In this document: positions 1 through 30,160 of the stretch, one piece after another | Numbering within the stretch: the stretch's first letter is position 1 | Layout: each line of letters starts with the position of its first letter | DNA from: Lytechinus pictus | Taxonomy: Eukaryota | Direction: 5' to 3' | DNA: 64,000 nucleotides | Assembly: GCF_037042905.1 (NCBI RefSeq) | Contig: NC_087245.1 | Location: 16,928,001 to 16,992,000 of the forward strand | Notes under the pieces: model-generated | The model's input: only the letters and a program-made list of their open reading frames with translations | What the model was told of the DNA's origin: nothing | The model's database searches: none | Made by a program: the position numbers and the translations under genes

Positions 1-1
1 T

Positions 2-2465
<2,464 letters not shown>

Positions 2466-2971
2466 TTTCTGGAAGAGATTTTAGATGAAAAAGAAAGTTT
2501 AGTGTCTTCACTCCAAACAACTCCTCCACTTGAAAACAGGGAAGTATGGGGCGAAGGCTAAAATTACACTCGTTTTGATTGGACGACCCCCATTCTGGAT
2601 ACGCCGATTAACTTACCAATACTTTTTTTGGTGCGCTCAAGAATATTAAAAATAAAACTGAAAAACTTTTGGATCTTATAACTGGTCACGGAAAAGCGTA
2701 TCTTTCTATTCCTATGACATATGTTAGAAACATTCTCGTTTGAAAATGTAACAGCAATATTGCAAAATCAAATACTCTTAAAAAATACAATTTCATTGAT
2801 ACATTCTGCATCTGTAATACAACAGACACGTTTTCTAAAAAGTGGTAGAACCTCAATTTACTAATAACTTCAAAATAGTTCACTTTTGTAGTCATCTCAA
2901 ATTAATGAAGAAAAAATATATATTAAACAATTATCTGAAACGGTATGAGCTGCGCTGGTGGTTGAGCTTAC

Positions 2972-3040
2972 CAATACTACCGTCGAGTGTAGGACCAAAA
3001 ATGAAATGATGGATAGCTGTGATTAACTCCCATTTTTATA
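2972..3040 (-). promoter_or_regulatory. Probable TATA box and short non-coding first exon of gene A
   Basis: TATAAAA on the minus strand at 3040-3034, an Inr-like TCATTT about 30 bp downstream, GTAAGC donor at 2971; the ATG exon is preceded by an acceptor (ttccag AAA ATG). Confidence 0.6.
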
Positions 3041-3244
3041 GAAAATTCTAAATAACCTATTTTAAATAGAAGGTGAAGCAGATGGCTAATTTCTCTAAGT
3101 TTATTTCCAATTTTAATTCTTTTGATGTATTGTCTTCTTTCTTGTCTCTACGTTCCCTTTGTTCAGAACGTTTCTTAGCGGATTAATTTGTAGCTTTTAA
3201 TTATCTTCAATAGCTTTAACTGATAAGCCCCGGTTATGTGTGCG

Positions 3245-4570
3245 TTGCGGTATTAGACTGAAGGAAATAAGACAATGATAGTTTCTTACACAAAAAGGGC
3301 ATGGCTATGTCAGAAAAGCCGATGACACGACATGTATTTTAATTTCAAGATTGACCAGGAATAGTTTGATTTCTCCGTCAAAATATATCCTGATGCACAT
3401 TGTGCGAACTTCTTTGTGCTAAACTATCAATCAGTAATACTGCACGAAGGTTATTACATAAATCTATAGTCTTGGGAAGTATTCCAGATGACTGCATTGA
3501 TAATCTACTAAAAAGATATCAATTAAGATAACCAAAGATAATGATTAGATACTAAATCAAATTGATGACGTACATGTTTATAGGGGAAGGGGTGACTATT
3601 GTACACGATAAAGGGTAACAGTTTTTCTATCAACACATAAATATGGGAATGCATAAAATTGAAACTTGGATCTATATTTCTAGCTATATATCAAGAAGGT
3701 AGAGTCCTATACAAAACTGTAAGCTTAAAATAATGACCTGACCAGTAGGTAGATAAAGCAGAAGATGAAAAGTTGATGAAAAAATGATCATAAACGCGAA
3801 AAAAATGAAATCAAGTTCAAATCAAGGGTCAAATTAATCAAGTCATTTCAGCTAGAAACCCTTTCAAATCAAGTGAAGTAGTGAGGCAGGCTGAGAATTA
3901 GCAGATATTGCGGTATTAGACTGAAGGAAATAAGACAATGATAGTTTCTTACACAAAAAGGGCATGGCTATGTCAGAAAAGCCGATGACACGACATGTAT
4001 TTTAATTTCAAGATTGACCAGGAATAGTTTGATTTCTCCGTCAAAATATATCCTGATGCACATTGTGCGAACTTCTTTGTGCTAAACTATCAATCAGTAA
4101 TACTGCACGAATGTTATTACATAAATCTATAGTCTTGGGAAGTATTCCAGATGACTGCATTGATAATCTACTAAAAAGATATCAATTAAGATAACCAAAG
4201 ATAATGATTAGATACTAAATCAAATTGATGACGTACATGTTTATAGGGGAAGGGGTGACTATTGTACACGATAAAGGGTAACAGTTTTTCTATCAACACA
4301 TAAATATGGGAATGCATAAAATTGAAACTTGGATCTATATTTCTAGCTATATATCAAGAAGGTAGAGTCCTATACAAAACTGTAAGCTTAAAATAATGAC
4401 CTGACAAGTAGGTAGATAAAGCAGAAGATGAAAAGTTGATGAAAAAATGATCATAAACGCGAACAAAATGAAATCAAGTTCAAATCAAGGGTCAAATTAA
4501 TCAAGTCATTTCAGCTAGAAACCCTTTCAAATCAAGTGAAGTAGTGAGGCAGGCTGAGAATTAGCAGATA
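3245..4570. repeat. Direct tandem duplication, 2 x 663 bp
   Basis: TTGCGGTATTAGACTG starts at both 3245 and 3908; the copies run colinearly to 3907/4570 with about three substitutions seen. Confidence 0.95.
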
Positions 4571-5224
4571 TAGGACCCCCCCCCCATTTTTTTTTAATTG
4601 GAGGGGGGGGGGTTCATTTTCATTATTTGTTTTGCGTGTCACATTTTTGTTTTCATGTTTAGAAAACGTGCCATTTCTATTTGTTTTATTGTGTTCCCCT
4701 CCACCCCTCCTCCTGCGGTTAATCTTGGCCCAACCCTGAAACATTATAGTGCACCATTTTGCAAAAATTAGCGTCAAGCAATAAAATCGATCAAGAAAGG
4801 AATCAATTTTGCGTGCAGAAAGTACATGTATAATCGGCCAGATAATAAAGACAATTACATATTTTAAAAAATACAATGTTGAGAAGAGCAGTACGATGAA
4901 ATAAACCTCTGCATACATGTACTTCAATTCGTGCATTTTCTTGTAAGCAGCACTGCTCCAAACCCTGACTCGTATGCCAGAGCTTAAAGCAATTTCAAAA
5001 CTTATTATTTGATTATAATGACATTATTTTAAAAAAAAGTCCTTATTCGTGTAACCCAGTATTATAATTAATTTTGTTTGGTTTCCTCAGAAATGTTACA
5101 CGAACTATTTCCCCCTCTTAATCCACCGACCGCTACTGACGTAATTCTCTCAATTATTATACAATCTAATATTGAACTTGGTGACCCACTGTTGATAACA
5201 CTGAATTGTGAGGTACATAACAGG

Positions 5225-5302
5225 TATAAAAGGAAAACACACAATTCATTTTTTCCATATGTCTATTATTCATTCTATTCCAGTGCCAAGAAGACTATTG
5301 TG
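5225..5302 (+). promoter_or_regulatory. Probable TATA box and short non-coding first exon of gene B
   Basis: TATAAAA at 5225-5231, GTAAGA donor at 5303; the coding exon at 9459 is preceded by an acceptor (ttgtag). Mirrors the gene A layout. Confidence 0.5.
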
Positions 5303-5783
5303 GTAAGAAAAGTTGATATTTTCATCCCATATGTTAGTAATTTTCGTACTCAATAATCATCTCCACATGTCACTTCACGTTGTAAAACGTTAAGTAAATA
5401 CATGTAGAAGCAAATATTTAGGGCTTTCCCTCGTCCGTCTCTTAAATATTTAAATGGTACCAAAAGAGAGTGTGATTTGGGTTTGTCGAATATATGAGCA
5501 ACTTGCTACAAGTATGTTGTGTTGTTTTCGTATTTTTTTTTCGATAAATCTCTTTTAGTTCAATTAATGAGGCCGGCACAATTTTAGTTTTTCAGGAGAT
5601 CGCTTACTGACATTTATGGGTAGATTGCAGAAATCTTTCCAAAGAAATATCGGTCTTAAAGGGGAAGGCAAAACTGAGATATGAAAGATGTTTCCACATC
5701 ATTTTATCGGTACATACACTACCTGCTCTAAATGACAGCTAGCTTTTGAAAATGTGTTCCATTTTTGCAGCAAGTTGTACTGA

Positions 5784-5812
5784 TGTGTGTGTGTGTGTGT
5801 GTGTGTGTGTGT
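5784..5812. repeat. (TG)n microsatellite
   Basis: Uninterrupted TG run. Confidence 0.9.
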
Positions 5813-5839
5813 TGTCATTACAATCTATCATAAGCAAAG

Positions 5840-6050
5840 ATTATTGATTGATTGATTGATTTTATTCGTCAAGAATATCACAGGATATAAGATACAATAA
5901 GTGCGAAGAATACCTTGACAGGATAACCCATGAAAGCAGAGTGGCTTACTTCTTGCAGTAGGTCCATGCTTCCAATGGAGTCTTATGATAGTAAAAAACA
6001 TTATTGTAACAACTGTAATAACCTCCACAAGTACAAGAATATGGTAAAAA
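5840..6050 (-). mobile_element. Possible 3' end of a non-LTR retrotransposon with (ATCA)n tail
   Basis: The minus strand reads AATAAA followed by (ATCA)n, a typical CR1/L2-group tail layout; no coding sequence or TSD seen. Confidence 0.4.
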
Positions 6051-6189
6051 AGGAAATAATTATCAATCAAATAATTTGCGAAAACCTGAAGCAAACAACA
6101 ATAATTTCAACGTACCCTATATCATCTGCAATACTGAAAACCAAATGTACAAAATGTTTGTTGTTTTACTGGTAATGCTGTTCTCTATA

Positions 6190-7000
6190 CAGTGCGTCCC
6201 ACAAAAAACGAAACCGAGATTTATCGATGATTTATCATAATTTAATCATAAATACAATAAACAATTGACCTACCATTGTAAAGCTTAGAATCTCCTCTTT
6301 CATCTGAAATTACTTAGATTGTTTCTCGTTCACGCATGAGTGAGCAAAAACAATTTGAAGAGGGGATACAAAAAAGTCATTTGGCGGGCTGTATCTGGGT
6401 TTCAAAAAGATAACCACATTTTTAAAAAGTTCAATATCTGCCCTTTAATTTGATACCTCAATTACAGAAAATGGTCAAGAAATAACAAATTTCTGGTTAT
6501 TTGAAATAAGGCTTGAATTTCAATAATTTCATAAAATCAAGAGGTTCTACAGGCTAGCGTTCAAACACACTTGACACTCCGTTTTGTTGACGATCAGCCA
6601 TGCATTAAGTCTTTTGTTAACCATGCGATAGCTTCTGTGGGAAACCGGTGAAAACACGTTTATTTAATGAAATTATGGAAATACAAGCATTGTTTCGAGG
6701 GAACATAACTTTTTTACTTCTTGACCATTCGTTGTGATTAAGGTATCAAATAAAAGAGCAGATATTGAACTTTTTAGGCATGTGATTTTCTTTTTGAAAT
6801 TCAGATACCCCAGGCCAAATGAGTTTTTGGTATCCTTTCTTCAAATTGTTTTTGCTCACTCATGCGTGAATGGAGATTAATCTAAGTAATATCAGATAAA
6901 AGTAGAGATTCTAAGCTTTACACTGGTAGGTCATTTGTCTATTGTATTTGTGATTAAGTTATGATAGATCATCGCTTTACCTTTTTTCTGGGACGCACTG
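6190..7000. mobile_element. Non-autonomous Tc1/mariner-like element (811 bp)
   Basis: TA|CAGTGCGTCCCA ... TGGGACGCACTG|TA; imperfect inverted repeats extend several hundred bp. Confidence 0.88.
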
Positions 7001-7405
7001 TATAGTAGATTCAAGTTTTAGGAATTTCTTTAGTTCACTCTTAAAGTGCGAAAAAATTGTAACAGTTTTTAACTTGATTAGGAAGATAATTCCAAAATCG
7101 GATGCCATTGTAATAAAAAGTGTTCCCGATATGACCTTCACGGTTCGGTAATACAAAATTAAAATTACTATTTCTAGTATCATACCTTTTGATAATCGAA
7201 ACACGTCAAAATTATTGGCTGTGTAATGATTTATTGTATCCGAAATATTTTATTCACGTGCATGGTGCAATACTATTTGTTTAGCTCTTTGATCTACATG
7301 GAGGAATCCTGCATTTTCAAGTTCATTACATCCGACGTGTTTTCTTGGGCCTAAAACATTTATGAATCTTACGATCTTATTCTGAATTATTATCTGAACC
7401 TTTAA

Positions 7406-8009
7406 CTCAGGGTTGAAAGTATACCAATTATTAAATAATTATTAAATAAATAAAGTGAAATTCACATAGCAAAATGCCGAAATCTTCATCAAAATTGGAT
7501 GACAAACAATAAAGTTATTGAATTTTGAAATTTAGCAATAGTTTGTGAAACTAGTTATATGCACGTCATCATTAATATGTATTTGTTGGGCTGATGACGT
7601 CACATCCCCAATTTTCTTTTTATTATACATGAAATCATAATTGTTTCATTTTTTCATGCGTGTGTGAATAATGTGTTTCCTTTATAATGGAATATGTTGA
7701 AGCAATTAATATCTCATGCACTAAATCAGTTGTCCATCTAATTTGTTTCCGTTCTTGGTAGAATTTTTTTGAATAAACCTAATTTCAAATAATAGAATAA
7801 AAATAACAAGTGGGGATATGCCATAATCAATTTGCTCATAGAATAGTCATAAAGACATGCCTAGAACTGTTTCACCGGAATAATGCAAATCTTTAAAATG
7901 CCATAATTTTGTTAGTCCTTGTCCGATTGGATCAAATATTCAGTGTTTTGTTTGTCCGATTTTTCTTTATCTGTTCAAATCATATTATTTTGAACTAGAA
8001 TGCATCCCA
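7406..8009. mobile_element. Decayed TTAA-flanked (Kolobok-like) MITE
   Basis: TTAA at both ends, imperfect long TIRs, similar to 17796-18243. Confidence 0.5.
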
Positions 8010-8215
8010 TTAAGGGATTGTACTGTAATATATAGTGGAAGTTATGTATCAAATTAAGACACAATGTATCTCAACATGAACAATGTCTTTAATATGTAAG
8101 TTTTAATGATATTTCAAAGAGCGTATTTTGGGCCGAAAACATGAACACATTATCGCTCATGCCCCATTTTATAACATAATTTTTTACAAAAATTTCTTGT
8201 TAATGCTTTCGAACT

Positions 8216-9312
8216 CAGTGGCGTACCTTGGGTCACAGCATGGGGGGGGGGGGGGGCACCAACAAAAAATTTGAGTCACTTATTGGTCGTTGAGAAGTGC
8301 GCTCAATTGCCAGGTATGCTGACCTAGTAGAAACATTTTAAGGCCTGTGCCATTAAACGGATATGTATCTCATAATGCGAGAGCGAAACGCGAGCTGAAT
8401 TTTTTGTTTAGATATTCAGACCTAAAAAAGGATATTATAAACATTTTTTGTAATCGTGATACATACCTGTCTCACTATACAAACAGTGCGAGCGCGAGAT
8501 GAAATATTTGTATATATTGACCCCAAACATGGTCATGAAGAGCATACATATCTCATTATCTCACCATAGTGCTGATTTTGTTAGAAATACAACGAAACTC
8601 ATGAAACACTTATTGTAGTCATTGTAATTATGAACATGGTATGCATCTCAAATAATGCGAGCGCGAAGCGCGAGCTGAAAATTTCTGAAATTCAGACACG
8701 AAGAGGGGCATTCTAATGCTTGTTTTTAAGAATTCATTAAGACCATACGTATTTCATTAACCAAATGATGGGAGCGCGAAACGCGAGCTGAATTTTTTTA
8801 TATTCAGACCAGAAAAAATGGGCATTTAAGGACTATTTGTGGGAATTCATAAAGGGCAGAAATATATCACAAATCCACTAAGGCGAACGTAAGCGGACTG
8901 GAAATGTTTTGTATTCAGACCTTAAACGGGGCAATCGCTTTTAGTAGTCATGAAAAAAAAGCATATTTCACGACAAAAATCAATAACAGCTAGAAGTGTG
9001 AGGATATATTTGGTGTATATTGACGTGAAAACGGGATCTTTGGTAGTACAACAGGATTGATTGAACAGACAATGCGAACACCAGGAAAGATGAACACATA
9101 GGCCCTAAGCAATGTTTCATAAAGTTATGAAAAAATCTGATGAAATATAGTATAATATAATATTAAAACTTCCAATAATTTATTCTCCTCCAATTCCTTT
9201 TTTTTTGGTACTTTTCCCTCTTTTTTCTTCTTTTCTTCTGTTTTTTTTTGCCAGCCGATGGGGGGGGGGGGGGGGGGCACGTGCCCCATGTCCTCCCGTA
9301 GCTACGCCACTG
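8216..9312. mobile_element. Non-autonomous hAT-like element
   Basis: CAGTGGCGTA ... TACGCCACTG termini; 8-bp TSD TTCGAACT/TTCGAATT; internal repeats containing GCGAGCGCGAAGCGCGAGC. Confidence 0.85.
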
Positions 9313-9458
9313 TTCGAATTTATACACTAATTAATAATTATTAATGGCTAAAATATCAGAAAAGTTGAATAACTTACATTGCCTTGATCATGCTGATAAA
9401 ACAAAAAAACCACAAAATCACATTGTTTCAGAGTAATTCCTTATCATTGTAGGTAGAC

Positions 9459-23158
<13,700 letters not shown>

Positions 23159-25473
23159 TCTAAAATGGTATTCAATAGTATTGCATAAATATATCAAAGG
23201 TATTTGTCTGTTCTAGGGGAGGGGGTGGGTGTCAAAATTGAGCTATAATGTCAAGAAACTCATTAATATATTGCAGTTACCCAGATAAAATTGAAATCAA
23301 TAAATGTGCAATGACAAACAGATTCTCATTTCTCACTTGATTTATTTTCGTAGCAATTAAGGTTTGGGAGTGGTAGCGATTCACTGATGGCTTCAGCAAT
23401 GTATGTGGGTGTGTGTGTGTGTGTGTGCGAGAGAGAGGGGGTACAATGCGTGTGTTTGTGATCGGTGTGGGTGTGCGTGTGTCGGTGATCGCGCGCGCTT
23501 GTATAGACATTTGCCACGTTTTCGGAGGACAGGGCACATAGAAAAATTCATGGGAACGCTGGTCCTTCAAAGCCTTGCTATTGTCATCGAAAGTCGAACA
23601 ATAGAGCCTGATTCCGTCGACCTTTTGAGAATGTGCAAACGTGTGTGTGTGTGTGCGAGACAGAAGAGGAGGGAGGGAGGGGATGGAGAAGAAAAGCATC
23701 ATTTCACCATTCAGCAGTAACTTATATAAAGGTATTCACGGTATACAAGCTGATGGTCACCAAGTTAGCACGGGGTCACTCTCTGTACTACCCTTACGCG
23801 TCTACTCAAACAAAAGCCCTAAACTGCGTATTACGTGAAGTAGCATTTGTACCCTTAAATCGAAAATCATACCATATAAATGGCATTAACCCGGCCTCAA
23901 AATAAGTGACACGAAACCCTCGACGTCTGAAAAAGCTGGAATGGAAATGCCCCCGATTTAAGGAAGATGTTGGCGAAGACAAAGGCTTAAAACAGACGCT
24001 TTTGGTCCTCTTTTTTCTGGATGAGTATGTGCAAATTGTAAATTACTACTGGGGTATTGCGATCCTTAGCAATGATACAATCATGAGCTTCTTGAATTTG
24101 TTGTTTGCGTGTCTCACTGTTGTTAGAGCTCAATTGTCATTGAAGAGTCGAACTTATGCCAGGGCCCTATAAACATGATGAAGGTCATTTTGGTTACAAA
24201 CATTTTTCCATCTTTACACATCTTCCAGAATATCTAGGGTGCTGCCCGGGGTGCTGCCTATGGAGAATAATAAAATAATACACGCAGCACCCCCCAAAAA
24301 ATTTGAGCACCGGCCGCTTCCCAGGGCCACGATTTTATGCCTTTTACTTCCAGTATTCCCGCAAATTTGTCATGACCTGCTTTACCATCTCTTTTCTCCT
24401 CTTCATCGTCCACTACTTCCTCCAGATCAATTGCTATGTGCTTCATTCATTTCTTGCCTCATATACCTCTGTCTCGTTCTCCTAATCGCAGTACGCTTTT
24501 TACCCCTCTCCCCTCATCACTTTCACAATCATGATCTCCATGTGGGCGCCACATTCTCCGTTCTTAGACAGGTTTTCCACCTCAAAAACGGAATCAAACA
24601 TGGCAGAATAAGGATTTGAACTTTTTAATTCGTGCGTTACTCTATTTATAAAAAAACCAACAATTGCTTAATTTTTGTACGTTCTCCATACGATCACATT
24701 GGAAACATAATCACCAGTGAATTTTCGATTAATAGGAAAAAATAAATGCCTAGTCATGAAAGCACTCTCTATAATTTCAGCAATCGAGTTCTTCATTTTA
24801 AGAAGTTTATTGTCAATGTTTTAAAAGCAATATATCCTTCTGACCTCCTGGAGCCTGTTGAATACGACTTAGTATTACGTTAACATACCATCCATTGGTA
24901 TCATTTCCATGGTAACGACACTCAAGATCAAATAAAAACCAGGTATTCTAGACTGCATGGCAAACTTAAAACAAAAGTACCTGTTAGATGTCTAATGATT
25001 GACGTTCCTGTTGTATTTAAAATACAATCAAGGAAGTAATGTCTCTTCACTAAATCCGGAAATATCAAAATGGGAATAATTCCTTGACATAATATGCCAA
25101 GAATTATTCCCATTTTGATATTATTTCTTGTATAGGCCTATATTTCATTCGATTTGTTCAGAATGATCTTATCATTTTCCGGGTAATCTTTCAATATCAG
25201 AATTTTGTGTGGTTAACAACATAATAGCAGCAGCATTTGAAATAAAGTCAAAAGATAAGCTCGAAGATTTCGAAAGAATGTTCAAAGAGTTCAATGAATA
25301 TTCCTTGGGCAGCCCTTTTAAACGAATTTTCGCCCACAGGGCTTTGTCAAAATAACCAAACTAATACTGTTTAAGTAAAACTGCACATTCATATCAAAAC
25401 ATATATCAATAAAATATTACTCATCATGATAATGATAATGCTGTTATGATCGAGTCGGGCCATGTCTACACCC

Positions 25474-26899
25474 TTACTGGGTGGTGGCGAGTGCCTTGAA
25501 TCCTGACCTAGTAATTGAATTGTCGCTGATAAACCTCACATACATGGAGTTCTTGGTGGAAGTTATTGGTGTAGGGATCGTGTTTCCACACACTTTTTCA
25601 AGGTAAGGACCATGCATATCACCATCATGAACCTGTTTGGAAGAAAAAAGGGAAATCTAAAACAATGTTTCAGATAACCGATTAAAGGCCTACGCCAATA
25701 GCTCGTCAGTTGGAAGATAAAAACAAAAGTAATTTCCTCTGAATTTCTTAAACTATCAGTTCTTTCTTTTCTAGATGAATGATTAAAAACGATAGGCAAA
25801 GTATTATTGCTAGTTAGTTATAGGAAGGGAATTAAGATCAGCCTCGATTTTACTCTTACACTTTACTCTTTACACTTAGTAAGGCGGCGCCCATGCAGAG
25901 AGATCACATATCGATATAGATATACCACTGACAAATCAGCGTGCATGATATTGTATTGAACGAGGAAAAATGCCCACCGCTGGATTTCTGTTAGATTGGT
26001 TTTTAATAAACATAAACTAAATCTAGCGATTTGCAACTCTTCAAAAGATTATGGGCAGATGGAGCCAAGATTTAAAACAGGAAAGAGAGAGTTACAAAGG
26101 AACGAGATACCTCTACTGCATCTGCACTGCATGAAACATGATCTTCTATATCGATGTCGTCGAAAGATAGAGTGATAGTCTGACCGACAGGGGCGTGGAT
26201 AGTGAAAGAACAATCAGCATTGTTTCCGTATGTATCAGGGTAGTTGGGCGACGTCAAGAGACTTGTTGCAGAGCTGATAGTACTACCACAAACTGGAAAT
26301 GTGGAAGAAAATAGGGGACGGGGCAAGGAATAGGAAATAGGAAGGGGGAGGGGCAAGGAATAGGGAATAGGAAGGGGAAGGAGAATGTGCATACTTATAG
26401 TTCGAGGTCATAAAGGAATTTGAAGAGAGGTAGGATGATAAGAATATTCAGCATAGACAGAGCAAGAGAGAGTGTGGGTATGAAGAATAGACAGGCAAAT
26501 AGGTAAGAAATAAACAAAATGAAAATGAAAAGATGAAGACGAAAAAAATTAATATTGAAGAGACAGGAGGGGGCGTGAGAGAGGGAGTTAAACAGTGATA
26601 TTCAACATTTCATCTTTATACTGTCGCACGTAATATACATCAATATTTGAATTTTTTTCCTTTTGAATGTGCTTAATCGTACTGAATGTCGTGTTTTTTG
26701 TTAATCTATCGACGAAATCACATTTGAATGGTGGTATTTCAGGTGTGCATTTCAGTAGCTGCATATTACCACACTTTAGGTAGTGTAGATGTAATAAGTA
26801 CATTTCTTAACGTATTTCTATTAAAATTATTCTTACACACATTATTGTTACACACCTCCGATCTCTAAAGTTTGGTAGGACGCAGAGAAGCCTCTCTTC
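25474..26899 (-). pseudogene. Gene C 3' part: end of the interrupted exon 9 plus CUB2 exons, separated from the rest of the gene by the 18.8-kb insertion
   Basis: Exon 9 remainder 26893-26856 (..RGFSASYQTLEIG, GT donor), exon 26292-26111 (CGSTISSATSLLTSPNYP..), exon 25632-25474 (VHDGDMHGPYLEKVCG..TTQ*). Sizes 182/159 match genes B and D. Confidence 0.92.
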
Positions 26900-29800
26900 T
26901 ATGAGGCGCCGAATGTACCAATATTATATAGAACAATTATTTGTTATATAATCATTATTTATTAAATAATAACTATTATTTATATATAATTTACATTTTA
27001 TTTGTAAATAACTACTATTATATAAAATATCATTTCTAATTATTTATATATAATTCCAAGTAATACTTCATTATTTGTAAATAATAATAGTTCGACATTC
27101 CATTATTTATAAATAATGATTATTTGTTTTTCATTATTTATAAATAATGATTATTTGTTTTTCATTATTTATAAATAATGATTATTTGTTTTTCATTATT
27201 TATAAATAATGATTATTTGTTTTTCATTATTTATATATAATGATTATTTGTTTTTCATTATTTACAAATAATGATTATTTGTTTTTCATTATTTATAAAT
27301 AATGATTATTTGTTTTTCATTATTTATAAATAATGATTATTTGTTTTTCATTATTTACAAATAATGATTATTTGTTTTTCATTATTTATAAATAATGATT
27401 ATTTGTTTTTCATTATTTATAAATAATTTGTTGAGTTTTCCATTATTTATAAATAATGATTATTTGTTAAATAATGAAAACGTCTACTTCATTATTTATA
27501 AATAATTTTTTCGAGTGCACCATTATTCTCATTATTTATAAATAATCATTATTTAATGTTCGAGTTTTCCATTATTTATAAATAAAGATTATTTGTTAAA
27601 TAATGCCATTATTTATTAAATAATGCCATTATTTATTAAATAATGCCATTATTTATTAAATAATGGAAAACTCGCTATAACATGCAAATGTGGGACCGCC
27701 CATGATATGAATATTCATGATGCGATTTCCTTTTTCGTGATTTTTCTTCACAAATTTTTGTCCATTTCCTCTTCATAATGACATTTCTTGAAGCAATTTT
27801 CTAGGGATATGGTCTGATTGTAATATTCTTCATTTTCTATATAACTTCGTCTTCGTAGAAATATCAAAAAGTGTAATTTTATACGATTTTTCCTACAGTT
27901 CACAATCCCCATAGGCGCGCGTGTACGGTAGGGACAACCGGTGAATCGACGGAGTGCTCTTCATCGAAATACTACGTTGGTTGGTCCCCGGAAGTGGCGG
28001 GCGGAATTTAGCCCGAATCCTCGATGGAAGTCGATCAAGTGCATATGAGCTGAGAGAGTGAAATATCAGTGTACTTGTACAGGCCCTTCTACTTTTTATA
28101 AATATTTCTTGTTGCTTTTTTGGTTAAGTTAATTTTTCCTGGTGTAGAGATAAGTTTCAGTTCTAATAATGCACTTCAAATACATTTTGGAGTGTCTGTT
28201 TGAGGCGTTTGGGGCGATTTCACCCTGGCCCCAAAATGCTCGCAACGACAATACGGGGGCATGATGACCCCTAATTTTTTAAAAACTTATTTTTCTATTG
28301 AAAATTATCACAAAATTCACCAAAAGTGTGCACGAAAGCCTTCGTATTTCACTTTTAAAACTCCAAAAAGTGCCCAAATGACAAGCTTGGTCGCTTCGCT
28401 GTGTCGCTTTCAACTTGAGAACGTTTACGCGTCTGCTTCCCCCCCCCCCCCCCCCTCCTCCGAAAGAAATTCTGTATACGGCCATGCTCTAAAGAGCCTG
28501 GCACATTGATTTATGTATACTTCATTTTCATTATTTTTATCTCATTATCATCATGGCCTTACGCAGAATTTTTTCCGGGGGGGGGGGGGGTGGGGGGAGC
28601 AGGACGCGCGTAAACTTTCTCATAAAAATCTTGAGAAAGCGAAGCGACCAAGCTTGTCATTTGAGCTTGGTCGCGTCGCTGTCTCGCTTTCAAGATTTTT
28701 TTGAGAAACTTTACGCGCGTCCTAGCTGCCCCCCCCCCCCCCCGGTAAAAATTCTGTGTAAGGCCATGATGATAATGTGATAAAAATAATGAAAATGAAG
28801 TATACATAAATCAATGTGCCAGGCTCTTTAGAGCATGGCCGTATACAGAATTTCTTTCGGAGGAGGGGGGGGGGGAAGCAGCCCTGATAGCAGACACGGT
28901 CGTAATGACGTCATTAACTGATCGTAAAGTGGTAATACTCGTCATGTCGTCGTATTTATGACGTTCTTACGACGTCATTTTGACGACTTAGAATGGCAAC
29001 TTTCATTTGCATTTTTATTTGACCAGATTATGACGTGATTTCGACGTCATTTACTGACCAATTTACGACAAGTAAATTTGCTCGCTTATAATGACCAGAT
29101 TATGACGTGATTACGACGCCATTTACTGACCAATTTACGACAAGTAAATTTGCTTTCTTATATGACCAGATTATTACGTGATTACGACGTCATTTATCGA
29201 CCAATCTGCAACAAATGAATTTGCATTTTTATATGACCACATTATGACGTGATTATGACATCATTTATTTACCAAACAACGACAAAGAAATTTGCGTTTT
29301 CATATGACCACATTACGACGTGATTATGACATCAAATTTTACCAATCAACGACGAGGAAATTTAGCCACATACTATTTTGCCATTTTTTCAACCTTGCCA
29401 TGTTAGCAGGGCTATTTCTACTTATAAAAGGAAAAGTAAAACTAAAAAAAAATAGTACAGATTTTTTTTTATTTTAGGTAAAGTATGTAATTCTTCAAAG
29501 AAAAAAGTTTCAAAAGCAGTGGCAAAAATAATCATTTCTTAACTGGTTGCCAACCAAACCAAACAAGAGGAAGCTTTATATGTCAAAGAAGTTTGTATCT
29601 GTTTTAAAACTTTTTTTTTCGCAAGTGGTGTCATGCCCCGGTGTCATGCAAACCCCCTATCTAGTTAGCTCACCCCCCCCCCCCATGCACGCCCCCCGGG
29701 CTCACCCCCTATAAAAAATTCATGATCCTCAGAATTAATTCGCCGCCGCCGGGCGTCGAGCCTGCGCATGCGCGCTGCACTGCATGCAACTTAACTGGCG

Positions 29801-30160
29801 CAGTCTAGTCGCAACCATTTAATTTGAAAAAGGAAAGTGCCCGTTTTTCGCCGTTAAATGTTGCAGCCTAATTTTGGATCGAGAATTAAGTGCGACGAAG
29901 ATGGCCGTTAATAATAGTTCTACTACTTTAAGAACACGATTCAGATTTGGATAACGACTTCGAAGGCATTCGCAGGAGACCACACAGTAAGTTAGATAAC
30001 CATCTTCTAAGATTTTCTTTTCGGAGCGCGGCTTGCCTTTGGCTTTAGATTTCGTGCACTGACACTGCCCGGCCGGGGTGGCTGCCCCGAGCGCCGGCAT
30101 GCTGAATAGGACAGGCTGCGCTGGTCACGTACGTTCACCGACTATAGGCTATGTATCAAC

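Noticed and set aside
23277..23905. Overlapping ORFs of up to 141 aa
   Set aside because: Products of (TG)n/(GA)n microsatellites (THTHTH, CVCVCV).
24239..24619. 126-aa plus ORF and acidic minus-strand ORF between genes B and C
   Set aside because: Low complexity, stops in the plausible frames, no splice structure or recognisable domain.
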